A stretch of 64,000 bases of DNA from an uncultured Candidatus Peribacteria bacterium (GTDB lineage: Bacteria; Patescibacteriota; Gracilibacteria; UBA4473). Position numbers and translations under genes: made by a program. The notes below the pieces were generated by a model. The model was not told where the DNA came from and did no database searches. It worked only from the letters and a program-made list of their open reading frames with translations. Positions 42,939 to 52,248 of the stretch are shown piece after piece. Positions within the stretch are counted from its first letter, which is position 1, and every line of letters starts with the position of its first letter. The DNA lies in contig CAZOER010000003.1 of assembly GCA_964578905.1 (NCBI GenBank), positions 1,375 through 65,374 on the forward strand, read 5' to 3'.

Positions 42939-44573
42939 ATGAATAAGAAAGTTTTTAGGGTTCGACAGAAAGTAGAAAATCCAGAAAAAGTGGAGCAGTT
43001 TTTCCGTGAACTTTGCAAATCTGTACCGAAAAATGTGGCGGAATTGGAAAAGAAAAAACGAAACTTCTGTGCACGGGAGAAGGGAACACCGATTCTTAAT
43101 CGAGACCTGATTGCGGTCATGCAGAAATATTCAGGAAAGGTTCCCCCGTCATTGGAGAAGTTATTGCAAAAACGATCAGTGAGAACGATCTCAGGAGTTA
43201 CTCCGATTGGAATCCTCACAAAACCATATCCATGCCCTGGGAAATGTGTGTATTGCCCGACGGACGTACGCATGCCAAAAAGCTATCTCGCTTCTCAACC
43301 CGCAGCAGCACGGGCATTGCGAAATAAATTTCACCCGCACGATCAGGTAACGAATCGAATTGCAGCAGTGCAGGACTCGGGACATCCCGTGTCGAAATTA
43401 GAAGTGATTGTGATGGGAGGAACGTGGAGCTTCTTACCCCACAAATATCAGACATGGTACGTGAAAAATATCTTTGATGCGGCGAATGGCGTTGCTTCCA
43501 AATCTCTCGCCGAAGCGCAAACTATTAATCAAGATGCAGAGCATCGAGTCATCGGACTCACGCTTGAAACGCGTCCTGACTTCATCACGGAGAAGGAACT
43601 CATTCGCATGCGGAAGATGGGATGTACGCGGGTTGAAATCGGTGTGCAGACGCTGGACGACGAAGTATCCAAATTGACCAAACGCGGACATGGACGAGCG
43701 CACGTGGCGAAGGCAACGAAGATGATGCGCGATTTTGGATTTAAAATTTGTTATCACCTCATGCCCGGACTTCCCGGTTCAACCCCTGCGAAAGATTTGA
43801 AAATGATGCGAGAGGTCTTTGAAAATCCAGACTTCTGTCCGGACTTTGTAAAAATATACCCGTGCCAAGTTCTCGATAATTCAGAACTGAAGACATGGTG
43901 GGAAGAAGGAAAATTCACCCCTTTGCGCGATAAAGAACTCGTGAAACTTCTCTTGAAATTTAAACAGTTCGTGCCCCCGTGGACACGAATTATGAGACTT
44001 CTTCGTGATATTCCAGTGAACGATATCTTGGATGGAGCACGGTTTTCAAATCTGCGTCAGATATTAAAATCGCAACCCAAAAAAGTGAAAGAAATTACAG
44101 GAGAAGATTTTTCCGGAGACTGGCCGTGTAAATGTATCCGATGTCGGGAGATCGGATTTCAAACAGAAAAAGACCAAGGAGAACTGAAACTTGTACGACG
44201 TGATTACGAAGCGGGAGGGGGAACGGAAACCTTCCTCAGTTTTGAATCAAAAGATGAAAAGGTGATCTACGCGCTCTTACGTTTGCGAAAACCAAGCGGA
44301 CAGAAGTTCACTCAATTTGGTTCGGTATTGCACAATGCAGGATTGATTCGGGAAGTGCATTCCTACGGATCAGAGATATCTGTGGGAGATGGAGTGGGAG
44401 TTGGTCAACACAGGGGACTCGGGAAGAAATTGATTGTCGAGGCAGAACGCATTACCAAAGAAGAATGGAATTTGAAACGCATGACGATCATCGCGGGCGT
44501 GGGAACAAGAGGATATTATGAGAAGTGGGGATACGAACTGAAGTCGACGTACATGACAAAAAAATTGGTATAA
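42939..44573 (+). CDS. elp3: Elp3-family radical-SAM / GNAT acetyltransferase
   Basis: TKPYPCPGKCVYCP radical-SAM cluster motif, TRVEIGVQTLDD, C-terminal GNAT QHRGLGKKLI. Confidence 0.8.
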   Translation: MNKKVFRVRQKVENPEKVEQFFRELCKSVPKNVAELEKKKRNFCAREKGTPILNRDLIAVMQKYSGKVPPSLEKLLQKRSVRTISGVTPIGILTKPYPCPGKCVYCPTDVRMPKSYLASQPAAARALRNKFHPHDQVTNRIAAVQDSGHPVSKLEVIVMGGTWSFLPHKYQTWYVKNIFDAANGVASKSLAEAQTINQDAEHRVIGLTLETRPDFITEKELIRMRKMGCTRVEIGVQTLDDEVSKLTKRGHGRAHVAKATKMMRDFGFKICYHLMPGLPGSTPAKDLKMMREVFENPDFCPDFVKIYPCQVLDNSELKTWWEEGKFTPLRDKELVKLLLKFKQFVPPWTRIMRLLRDIPVNDILDGARFSNLRQILKSQPKKVKEITGEDFSGDWPCKCIRCREIGFQTEKDQGELKLVRRDYEAGGGTETFLSFESKDEKVIYALLRLRKPSGQKFTQFGSVLHNAGLIREVHSYGSEISVGDGVGVGQHRGLGKKLIVEAERITKEEWNLKRMTIIAGVGTRGYYEKWGYELKSTYMTKKLV

Positions 44574-44576
44574 CAA

Positions 44577-44608
44577 AATCCCCTCATACCTTTCGGTTTG
44601 AGGGGATT
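44577..44608. terminator. Hairpin between convergent genes (possible bidirectional terminator)
   Basis: AATCCCCTCA-tacctttcggtt-TGAGGGGATT. No clear T-run. Confidence 0.45.
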
Positions 44609-44703
44609 GCTAATACAGTGAACAATTACCCTTTGTTCTTAAGTAATCTATTTATAAATAATAGCGTACAAAAATAAACAAATTGGGCTGCTTTATCAAT
44701 CTA

Positions 44704-47700
44704 TCATTGTATTATGAATTTCTGAGGAGCAGTATATGGTTGCCCATCAAATTTCGATGCGGTTAACCTCCAAATATAAAAACCAGAGGCAATATTTCCA
44801 AATGATGTAGGCTGAGAATGATATCCCGCCTGTGGAGTATCAATAATTGTACTCCATACTACCTTTCCATTCATGGCTACTAATTCAATCAAAATCTCCT
44901 TACTATTGTCAGGAGCATTGAATGAAATCCTAGCATTACTTCCAGATGGAATCGCATTTGGTAAAACCTTGAAATCCCAATTAAGTGGGATCCACTCGAT
45001 AAACGTATCATCGCTTGTTCCTGAAATAAATCCTGAGTTAATATCATTTCCTTTTAATAAAAATTGGAAAGAAAAATCATTCTCTAAATCAGACTCAGTA
45101 ACTTGAACCTGTACCTCAATGATGGTTACTGATGGATCAATATTCGAAGGATATTCTCTCATTTGAAAGAAATTATCATCCATAATAGTGATCGAATCAG
45201 TGCTCATGCCTTCAGGAACAGCAATTTCAAGTGTTACGATACTTCCAACCGTGGCTTTGTGACGAGCTTCATTGTTATTTGAATAAACAGTAACAAATTT
45301 TAGATCGTTCACATCAGCAGGAGTAAGATCGATTTCAACAAAGGAGTTATCCGTTGTTTCATCAATTACATACTCAGTTCCATCTTTCCAGAAATAAATT
45401 TGAAACTCTACTAATCCTATGGGGTCATCATTCTGTACCAAAATAGTACTTTCATAATAACCTGAGTGCGGATTGGCAGTTACCGAATGACGTCCAGCAA
45501 TATCTACAAAGATACTGTCGGCAGTAACAGACGCCTTCAGTTGAAGGTGAATGGTATTGCCTTGGACGGCTTTCGTGGAATCAATTCTATTTGAGGATTT
45601 GATATGAACCCAGTCAAAAGAAACGGTATCAACACTAATTCCTTCAATTATAAATTCAGGAATCAAAAGGTTCGCAGAATTTTGCGCGGTATCAGTCACC
45701 GTAATCATAAAATCCGAATACACACCAGCAGGTAAGGAATCAAGCATAAGAATGTTAACTCCTGTAAATGTGGTATCTATTTGAGCAGAATAACCAGATG
45801 ACAAACCAAGATCTCCATTTTCAGATGAAGAATAGAAGATCGTTGCAATATGTCCTTCGACATCTGTTCTAATCCAATAAAGACTAGGCGGGATACTATC
45901 AATAACGATAGGATCTGTGATCTTAAATGTGGGAACAAGTAAGTTCCCAATATTACCAGCAGTATCTTTTACTGCGAGTATACAATCACTATAGGTACCA
46001 GCTGGAAGGGGATCTAACACAAGCGTGTTTATTCCCACAATAGTAGTATCTATTGGTGATGAATATCCAGAAAAGAGCACAAGATCTCCTGCTTCAGAAG
46101 ATGAGTATTTAATCGAGGCAACATATCCATTAATGGTTGTTGATATCCACGTTAAATGAGGTGGAATAGTGTCACTTACAATAACTTCTTCAATCTCAAA
46201 TGAAGGAATAAGTAATAATCCTACATTATTGGCTGTGTCAGTTACTGCTAGTGTTAAGTCACTATAAACCCCTACTGGCAATGGGTTGAGAATAAGTATA
46301 TTCTCCCCCACAACAGTAGTACTCATCTGTGAAGAATAACCAGATGACAAACTTAAAGTTCCAGCTTCCGAAGAAGAGTACTTAATAGTGGCAACATATC
46401 CGTTAACGGTCGTTGATACCCACTTTAAGTATGGTGGAATAGTGTCATTTACAATTGCATCTTTAATCTCAAACGAAGGAACAAGTAGTGTTCCCACATT
46501 ATTAGCGGTGTCAGTTACAGCTAACGTCAAATCGTTATAAATCCCTACTGATAAGGGATCAAGTATAAGAATATTCTGTCCCAATACAGTTGTATTTGTT
46601 TGTGACGAATATCCAGTTGAAAGACTTAGTGTGCCTGCTTCCGAAGATTCATAGATAACCGTGGCTACGTATCCATTTACAATGGTTTGTACCCAAGTTA
46701 AAGACGGTGCAATCGTGTCATTTACAATAACCTCTGTGATTTCAAACGAAGGAATAGACAATGTTCCCACATTATTAGCGGTATCGGTCACCGACAAGGT
46801 CAAATCATCATAAACACCAACTGGGAGTGGATCAAGAACAAGAATGTTCTGATCAATTACAGTAGTATTTGTTGATGAAGAATAACCAGTAGAGAGACCG
46901 AGCGTACCCGCCTCCGAAGAATGATAATAAATCGTTGTTATGTTTCCAGCAACAATTGTGTTTATCCATGTTAACTGAGGAGGAATTGTATCTGTTACAA
47001 TTACTTCCACAATTTCAAATGGAGGAATTATCAAATCTTCAGAAATTCCTTCATTCGTAACAACGGTAAACAAAAGGTCACTATAAGTTCCTGGAGCAAG
47101 TGGATCTAAGCCCACAATATTTGTTCCCAAAACAGCAGTGTCAACAAGTGTAGAATATCCGGAGGAAACAGAAAAGTCACCTCCCACATCAGTATGAAAT
47201 GTCACGATAGCAACGTTTTCATTTACTGTTGTAGATACCCAATACATGTTTGGAGGAACTCCCACAATTTCAAAATTGGGGATAATTAAATCGGATGATC
47301 CTGTGCTTGCGGTTACGGTGAATAAAAGATCACTGTAGGTACCAGCAGACAATGGATCAAGAGGGATAACATTCGTTCCAATAACAACGGTATTTACTTG
47401 CGTAGAATATCCACTGTTGAGTGTTAAATCACCACCAGTATCAGATGTAAAGATGATGGTAGCAACATATCCCTGAACATCCGTAGATATCCAATGCATG
47501 TTTGGAGGAACTCCCGTAATTTCAAAATTAGGGATAATTAAACCAGCAGATCCAGTACTTGTGGTTACAGTGAAGAAAAGATCACTGTATATACCAGCAG
47601 ATAAAGGATTAAGAGGAATAACGTTTGTTCCAATAACAACGGTGTCTACTTGCGTAGAATATCCGTCATTGAGTGTTAGATCGCCTCCAGAGTCAGATGT

Positions 47701-47823
47701 AAAGACAATGGTGGCAACATATCCTTGAGTATCCGTAGATACCCAGCTCAGATTGGGGTTTTGCCCCAACGTAATACCTATGCTCATCAGCATAAGGATT
47801 ACAATTGCGATAGATTTTTTCAT
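44704..47823 (-). CDS. Secreted tandem Ig-like-repeat surface protein with T9SS C-terminal sorting domain
   Basis: Signal peptide MKKSIAIVILMLMSIGITLG. Eight 84-91-aa repeats with the D-T-A-N/G-N motif. C-terminal LPNAIPSG...ILIELVAMNGKVVWS...IASGFYIWRLTAS...QKFIIQ. Confidence 0.8.
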   Translation of the reverse strand: MKKSIAIVILMLMSIGITLGQNPNLSWVSTDTQGYVATIVFTSDSGGDLTLNDGYSTQVDTVVIGTNVIPLNPLSAGIYSDLFFTVTTSTGSAGLIIPNFEITGVPPNMHWISTDVQGYVATIIFTSDTGGDLTLNSGYSTQVNTVVIGTNVIPLDPLSAGTYSDLLFTVTASTGSSDLIIPNFEIVGVPPNMYWVSTTVNENVAIVTFHTDVGGDFSVSSGYSTLVDTAVLGTNIVGLDPLAPGTYSDLLFTVVTNEGISEDLIIPPFEIVEVIVTDTIPPQLTWINTIVAGNITTIYYHSSEAGTLGLSTGYSSSTNTTVIDQNILVLDPLPVGVYDDLTLSVTDTANNVGTLSIPSFEITEVIVNDTIAPSLTWVQTIVNGYVATVIYESSEAGTLSLSTGYSSQTNTTVLGQNILILDPLSVGIYNDLTLAVTDTANNVGTLLVPSFEIKDAIVNDTIPPYLKWVSTTVNGYVATIKYSSSEAGTLSLSSGYSSQMSTTVVGENILILNPLPVGVYSDLTLAVTDTANNVGLLLIPSFEIEEVIVSDTIPPHLTWISTTINGYVASIKYSSSEAGDLVLFSGYSSPIDTTIVGINTLVLDPLPAGTYSDCILAVKDTAGNIGNLLVPTFKITDPIVIDSIPPSLYWIRTDVEGHIATIFYSSSENGDLGLSSGYSAQIDTTFTGVNILMLDSLPAGVYSDFMITVTDTAQNSANLLIPEFIIEGISVDTVSFDWVHIKSSNRIDSTKAVQGNTIHLQLKASVTADSIFVDIAGRHSVTANPHSGYYESTILVQNDDPIGLVEFQIYFWKDGTEYVIDETTDNSFVEIDLTPADVNDLKFVTVYSNNNEARHKATVGSIVTLEIAVPEGMSTDSITIMDDNFFQMREYPSNIDPSVTIIEVQVQVTESDLENDFSFQFLLKGNDINSGFISGTSDDTFIEWIPLNWDFKVLPNAIPSGSNARISFNAPDNSKEILIELVAMNGKVVWSTIIDTPQAGYHSQPTSFGNIASGFYIWRLTASKFDGQPYTAPQKFIIQ
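45622..47754 (-). repeat. Eight in-frame tandem coding repeats (252-273 bp units)
   Basis: Units start NLSWVST, NMHWIST, NMYWVST, QLTWINT, SLTWVQT, YLKWVST, HLTWIST, SLYWIRT. Confidence 0.85.
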
Positions 47824-48102
47824 TTTCTCTATTTTTGTTTTTTTAAAATTTCGTTTGTAAATTTTTTAATTGATAAAGCGGAAAAGGACTGAAGTGTTTC
47901 AACCCTCAGCCGCTCTATCAATCGGCGAATAAAGAAAATGAATATAAAGCGTATTTGTCCGACTGTGTCAAAGAGCTGTCTTTCGGGGTCTCGAACGACA
48001 CTTGGGACGTCCAAGCACCAAAAGAACAGTTCTCTTATACAAAAAAACAGGATTTTGTCAATAGTAGAGGCTTTTCAAATGAGAAAAGTGTTGTAAAAAA
48101 AC

Positions 48103-48130
48103 TTGACAAAAAATCCATTTCTCCTAAAAA
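48103..48130 (+). promoter_or_regulatory. Sigma70-like promoter of the 1322-aa repeat protein
   Basis: TTGACA (48103-48108), 16-nt spacer, TAAAAA (48125-48130). Confidence 0.4.
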
Positions 48131-48160
48131 CTAATTGAAATTGCTGACCCCGCATTTCCC

Positions 48161-51100
48161 ATGAAGAAACTTTTTTCAATCGTTACCGGTCTTTGCTTTG
48201 TAGCATTGTCGCTTGTTTTTATGTCATTGGCAGCTTCGCCAGTGATAACGGAAGTAACACCAATTCCAAATCCATCAACGACACTGACACCTAATTATAC
48301 GTTTCACTCCAATCAAGCAGGAACTATTCAGTATGGAGGAACTTGTGGAAGTGGAAGTATTACAAATGCGGTCGTCGGAAATAATACTTTTGAGTATGGA
48401 CCACTTATTGATGGGCAAACCTATTCAAATTGCCAAATTCGAGTAGTTAATGCAGATACAGAAGGAAGTAATATCTTGAGTATCGCCCCTTTTACCGTGA
48501 ATACGACGACACCAAATCCACCAGTACTGACAGAAGTAACACCAATTCCAAATCCATCGACAACAACGACTCCAAGCTATGTATTCAATTCAACACAAGC
48601 GGGGACAATTCAATATGAAGGAACCTGTGGGGATGGAGATATTGCAGATGTTGTAGCTGGAAACAACACCGTAGTTTATACATTAACGGATGGACAAACA
48701 TACAGTAACTGTGAGATCCGAGTTGTAAACGGGAGCAACGAAGGAAGTAATATTCTGTCATTGGGAGCCTTTACGGTAAATACAGGATCAACAGCACCCG
48801 TTATTACAGAAGTAACACCAATTCCAAATCCATCAACGACAATAACGCCAAGTTATGTGTTTCATTCAACACAAGCGGGAACTATTCAATACGGAGGAAC
48901 CTGTGGAAGTGGAACGCCAGCAATGGCTGTAATAGGAAATAATACGGTGACGTATTCACTTAACAATGGACAAACATATTCAAATTGCCAAATTCGCGTG
49001 GTAAATACCAATAGCGAAGGAAGTAATATTCTGTCATTGGGAGCCTTTACGGTAAATACAGGATCAACAGCACCTGTGATTACAGAAGTAACCCCGATTC
49101 CAGATCCATCAACGACAACAACACCAAGTTACGTATTTCACAGCACTCAAGCAGGAACCATCCAATACGGAGGAACCTGTGGGGACGGAGATATTGCAGA
49201 TGCTGTAGTGGGAAACAACACAGTAGTTTATACGTTAACGGATGGACAAACATATTCAAATTGCCAAATTCGTGTGGTAAATACCAATAGCGAAGGAAGT
49301 AATATTCTTTCACTTGGGACATTCACAATTAACACAGGATCAACAGCACCCGTTATTACAGAAGTGACACCGATTCCAAATCCATCGACAACAACATCTC
49401 CAAGCTATGTGTTCAGTTCAACACAAGATGGAACAATTGTATATGAAGGAGCATGTGGAAATGGAGACATTACAGATGTAGTTGTTGGAAATAATACCGT
49501 GACATACACACTCACCAATGGGCAAGCATACAGCAATTGTACAATTCAAGTATTAAACGCAAATAACGAAGGAAGTAATGTTCTTTCACTGGGAACCTTC
49601 ACCGTAAACACAGGAGACACTCCTCCGGTGATTACAGAGGTAACACCAATCCCAAATCCATCAACGACAACAACACCAAGTTATATATTCCACAGTACAC
49701 AAGCAGGAACAATCCAATACGGAGGGTCATGTGGAAATGGAACACCGGATACTGCGATTGCAGGGAATAACACGGTGACCTACGACTTGGTCAACGGACA
49801 AACATACAGTAACTGTCAGATTCGAGTAGTGAACGCAAATAATGAAGGAAGTAACATTCTTTCTCTTGGAACATTTACAGTAAATACAGGAGCAAATCCT
49901 CCCGTGATTATAGAAGTAACACCAATCCCAAATCCATCAACGACAACAACTCCAAGTTACGTATTCAGTTCAACACAAGCAGGAACAATTGTTTACGGAG
50001 GATCTTGTGGAAACGGAAATATAATCGGGGCAGTTGTGGGAAATAACACGGTGACGTACTCACTTACAGACGGACAAAGTTATTCAGATTGTACAATCCA
50101 AGTATTTAATACAAACAATGAAGGAAGTAACATTCTTTCATTGGGAACATTTCTCATAAACATAGGAGCAAATCCTCCCGTGATTGCAGAAGTAACACCA
50201 ATCCCAAATCCATCAACGACAACAACACCAAGTTACGTATTTAGTTCTACACAAGTAGGAACGATTACTTACACAGGAGCGTGTGGAAGCGGAGACATCA
50301 CAGATGCAGTAGTTGGAAACAACACCGTTGTTTACACACTTACCAACGGACAATTATACAACGACTGTACGATTCAAGTGGTAAATGCAAACAACGAAGG
50401 AAGTAACATTCTTTCTCTTGGAGCCTTCACCGTAAACACAGGAGTTAATCCTCCGGTGATTGCAGAAGTAACACCAATCCCGAATCCATCAACGACAACA
50501 ACGCCAAGTTACACATTCAGCTCAACACAAGCAGGAACGATTACGTACGGTGGATCATGTGGAAACGGAGACGTGGCCAATGCGATTGTGGGAAACAACA
50601 CAGTTGTGTACACACTGACCGATGGACAAAATTATTCAGACTGTAAAATCCAAGTTATAAATGCAAATAGCGAAGGAAGTAATGTTCTTTCATTGGGAAC
50701 CTTCACCATCAACACAGGAGCAAATCCTCCGGTGATTACAGAAGTAACTCCAATCTCAACGCCATCAACGACAACGACTCCAAGTTACGTTTTCAGCTCA
50801 ACACAAGCAGGAACCATTACGTACGGAGGATCATGTGGAAACGGAGACGTGGCAAATGCCATTATCGGAAACAACACTATTATTTACACACTCGTAAACG
50901 GACAAGGATACAACGACTGTACGGTTCGAGTCGTAAATGCAAGTAACGAAGGAAGTAACATTCTTTCATTGGGATCATTTATCATCGACGAAGATCCAAA
51001 TCCACCAACTCCACCGGTGGTTTACAGCATGAGTTCTGGAGGAGGTTCAGGAAAAGCAGGAATGCGATTCTCTGGACAACGACGAGATGACTACGCTCGT

Positions 51101-52129
51101 TCTGGAAAGTTCTGGGACATAAGTAGAAGTCTTGCTGACATTGAACGAATCAATGAAGGATACCTTGGACGAGTAACAACCTACATCAATCGAAACGGAT
51201 TTCGAGTGTTTGCAGGATACTTGCCGGGACAACTTTCTCTTGATTACCTGAACTCTCGAATTCAACGAACACACAAGTTCGTATATCGAGGAGAACGAAG
51301 TCAACGATCAGGAAATGTTCGACGAGAAGTATCAAAACCATGGGAAACACATCCACAAACATACTTCCGAAATCGATGGGCGCATAACGCTCAGAGAGGA
51401 ATCGAAAAGGCAGTTGCCTTTGATCCAAAAGAAGAAGCTATGAAGATTCCTGGTGGGCAAACTTGGCTCTATCCAGACTGGCGACGAGGAGGTGTGTGGG
51501 CTCGAGATCACGTAAGCGTGAACCGAAACTACGGAATGAATTACCAACCATTGCCAATTCAATTGCCACGATTGTCTATTCGAAAAGCTTCACAACCACG
51601 ACCAGTTAGTCTTGGTGTTCGAAGAGTTGCGCTTCAATATACAGTAGCGAAAGGAGTATCACGAATCAGACCCGTTCGAGTTGAAAGTGCGGCAAGTCCA
51701 GCATACGAAATGTATGTAACGGATGATAAAAATCCATGGGCAAATGATCGATTCTTTAATCGAGGAGAAACACTCTCTATTAATAATGGAGACGGAACAG
51801 GTGGACGAACAATCCGAATTGAGATGGCCGTGAATCCTCCATACAGAGCCGTTATTCAATCTTCACAAGAAGCATGGGAACAAAGTTTCAGCAATCGAAC
51901 AAACGAGCTTCGAAATGCGATAGGAGTAGATCGTTCATTTGTGAAACCAGACAGCTCAGTAAACAGAGTGCAAACCTTGAATGAAATGAATACAGGAACC
52001 CCACGATACAAGAGTGATCTTGAACGATGGAGAGCCTACAAAATACAGAAAGCAAACAGAGTAAACAAATGGGAAGTACGACCATTCAAGACATTGCAAG
52101 GATCAGAAAATTACAGAATCGAGATTTAA
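48161..52129 (+). CDS. Secreted tandem Ig-like-repeat protein (10 x 92 aa) with novel Arg-rich C-terminal domain
   Basis: Signal peptide MKKLFSIVTGLCFVALSLVFMSLAA. Repeats PVITEVTPIPNPSTTTTPSYVF.STQAGTI.YGG.CG.G...GNNTV.Y.L..GQ.YS.C.I.V.N...EGSN.LSLG.F. About 375-aa basic tail. Confidence 0.8.
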   Translation: MKKLFSIVTGLCFVALSLVFMSLAASPVITEVTPIPNPSTTLTPNYTFHSNQAGTIQYGGTCGSGSITNAVVGNNTFEYGPLIDGQTYSNCQIRVVNADTEGSNILSIAPFTVNTTTPNPPVLTEVTPIPNPSTTTTPSYVFNSTQAGTIQYEGTCGDGDIADVVAGNNTVVYTLTDGQTYSNCEIRVVNGSNEGSNILSLGAFTVNTGSTAPVITEVTPIPNPSTTITPSYVFHSTQAGTIQYGGTCGSGTPAMAVIGNNTVTYSLNNGQTYSNCQIRVVNTNSEGSNILSLGAFTVNTGSTAPVITEVTPIPDPSTTTTPSYVFHSTQAGTIQYGGTCGDGDIADAVVGNNTVVYTLTDGQTYSNCQIRVVNTNSEGSNILSLGTFTINTGSTAPVITEVTPIPNPSTTTSPSYVFSSTQDGTIVYEGACGNGDITDVVVGNNTVTYTLTNGQAYSNCTIQVLNANNEGSNVLSLGTFTVNTGDTPPVITEVTPIPNPSTTTTPSYIFHSTQAGTIQYGGSCGNGTPDTAIAGNNTVTYDLVNGQTYSNCQIRVVNANNEGSNILSLGTFTVNTGANPPVIIEVTPIPNPSTTTTPSYVFSSTQAGTIVYGGSCGNGNIIGAVVGNNTVTYSLTDGQSYSDCTIQVFNTNNEGSNILSLGTFLINIGANPPVIAEVTPIPNPSTTTTPSYVFSSTQVGTITYTGACGSGDITDAVVGNNTVVYTLTNGQLYNDCTIQVVNANNEGSNILSLGAFTVNTGVNPPVIAEVTPIPNPSTTTTPSYTFSSTQAGTITYGGSCGNGDVANAIVGNNTVVYTLTDGQNYSDCKIQVINANSEGSNVLSLGTFTINTGANPPVITEVTPISTPSTTTTPSYVFSSTQAGTITYGGSCGNGDVANAIIGNNTIIYTLVNGQGYNDCTVRVVNASNEGSNILSLGSFIIDEDPNPPTPPVVYSMSSGGGSGKAGMRFSGQRRDDYARSGKFWDISRSLADIERINEGYLGRVTTYINRNGFRVFAGYLPGQLSLDYLNSRIQRTHKFVYRGERSQRSGNVRREVSKPWETHPQTYFRNRWAHNAQRGIEKAVAFDPKEEAMKIPGGQTWLYPDWRRGGVWARDHVSVNRNYGMNYQPLPIQLPRLSIRKASQPRPVSLGVRRVALQYTVAKGVSRIRPVRVESAASPAYEMYVTDDKNPWANDRFFNRGETLSINNGDGTGGRTIRIEMAVNPPYRAVIQSSQEAWEQSFSNRTNELRNAIGVDRSFVKPDSSVNRVQTLNEMNTGTPRYKSDLERWRAYKIQKANRVNKWEVRPFKTLQGSENYRIEI
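48242..51007 (+). repeat. Ten in-frame tandem coding repeats, 276-bp period (first unit 282 bp)
   Basis: Unit starts at 48242, 48524, 48800, 49076, 49352, 49628, 49904, 50180, 50456, 50732. A 60-nt stretch is identical at 48739-48798 and 49015-49074. Confidence 0.9.
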
Positions 52130-52154
52130 ACAGAAAATAATTTAAAAAAGAGGA

Positions 52155-52186
52155 AGGCCTGAGAATTTGCTCAGGTCTTTTTTTGT
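52155..52186 (+). terminator. Intrinsic terminator
   Basis: GGCCTGAG-aatttg-CTCAGGTC followed by T7. Confidence 0.7.
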
Positions 52187-52195
52187 ATGTAGGTC

Positions 52196-52224
52196 TTGAT
52201 TTAATTCTCTAGATATGGTAAGAT
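52196..52224 (+). promoter_or_regulatory. Sigma70-like promoter
   Basis: TTGATT, 17-nt spacer, TAAGAT. This places the ORF-track TTG start (52228) in the 5' UTR. Confidence 0.5.
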
Positions 52225-52248
52225 ATCTTGAAATTTTCATTAAAAAAC

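Noticed and set aside
48242-51007. Tandem repeats as a CRISPR array or as DGR variable/template repeats
   Set aside because: The units are 276 bp, contiguous with no spacers, in frame, and encode a folded-domain pattern. No reverse transcriptase or cas gene is in the window, and inter-unit mismatches are not adenine-specific.
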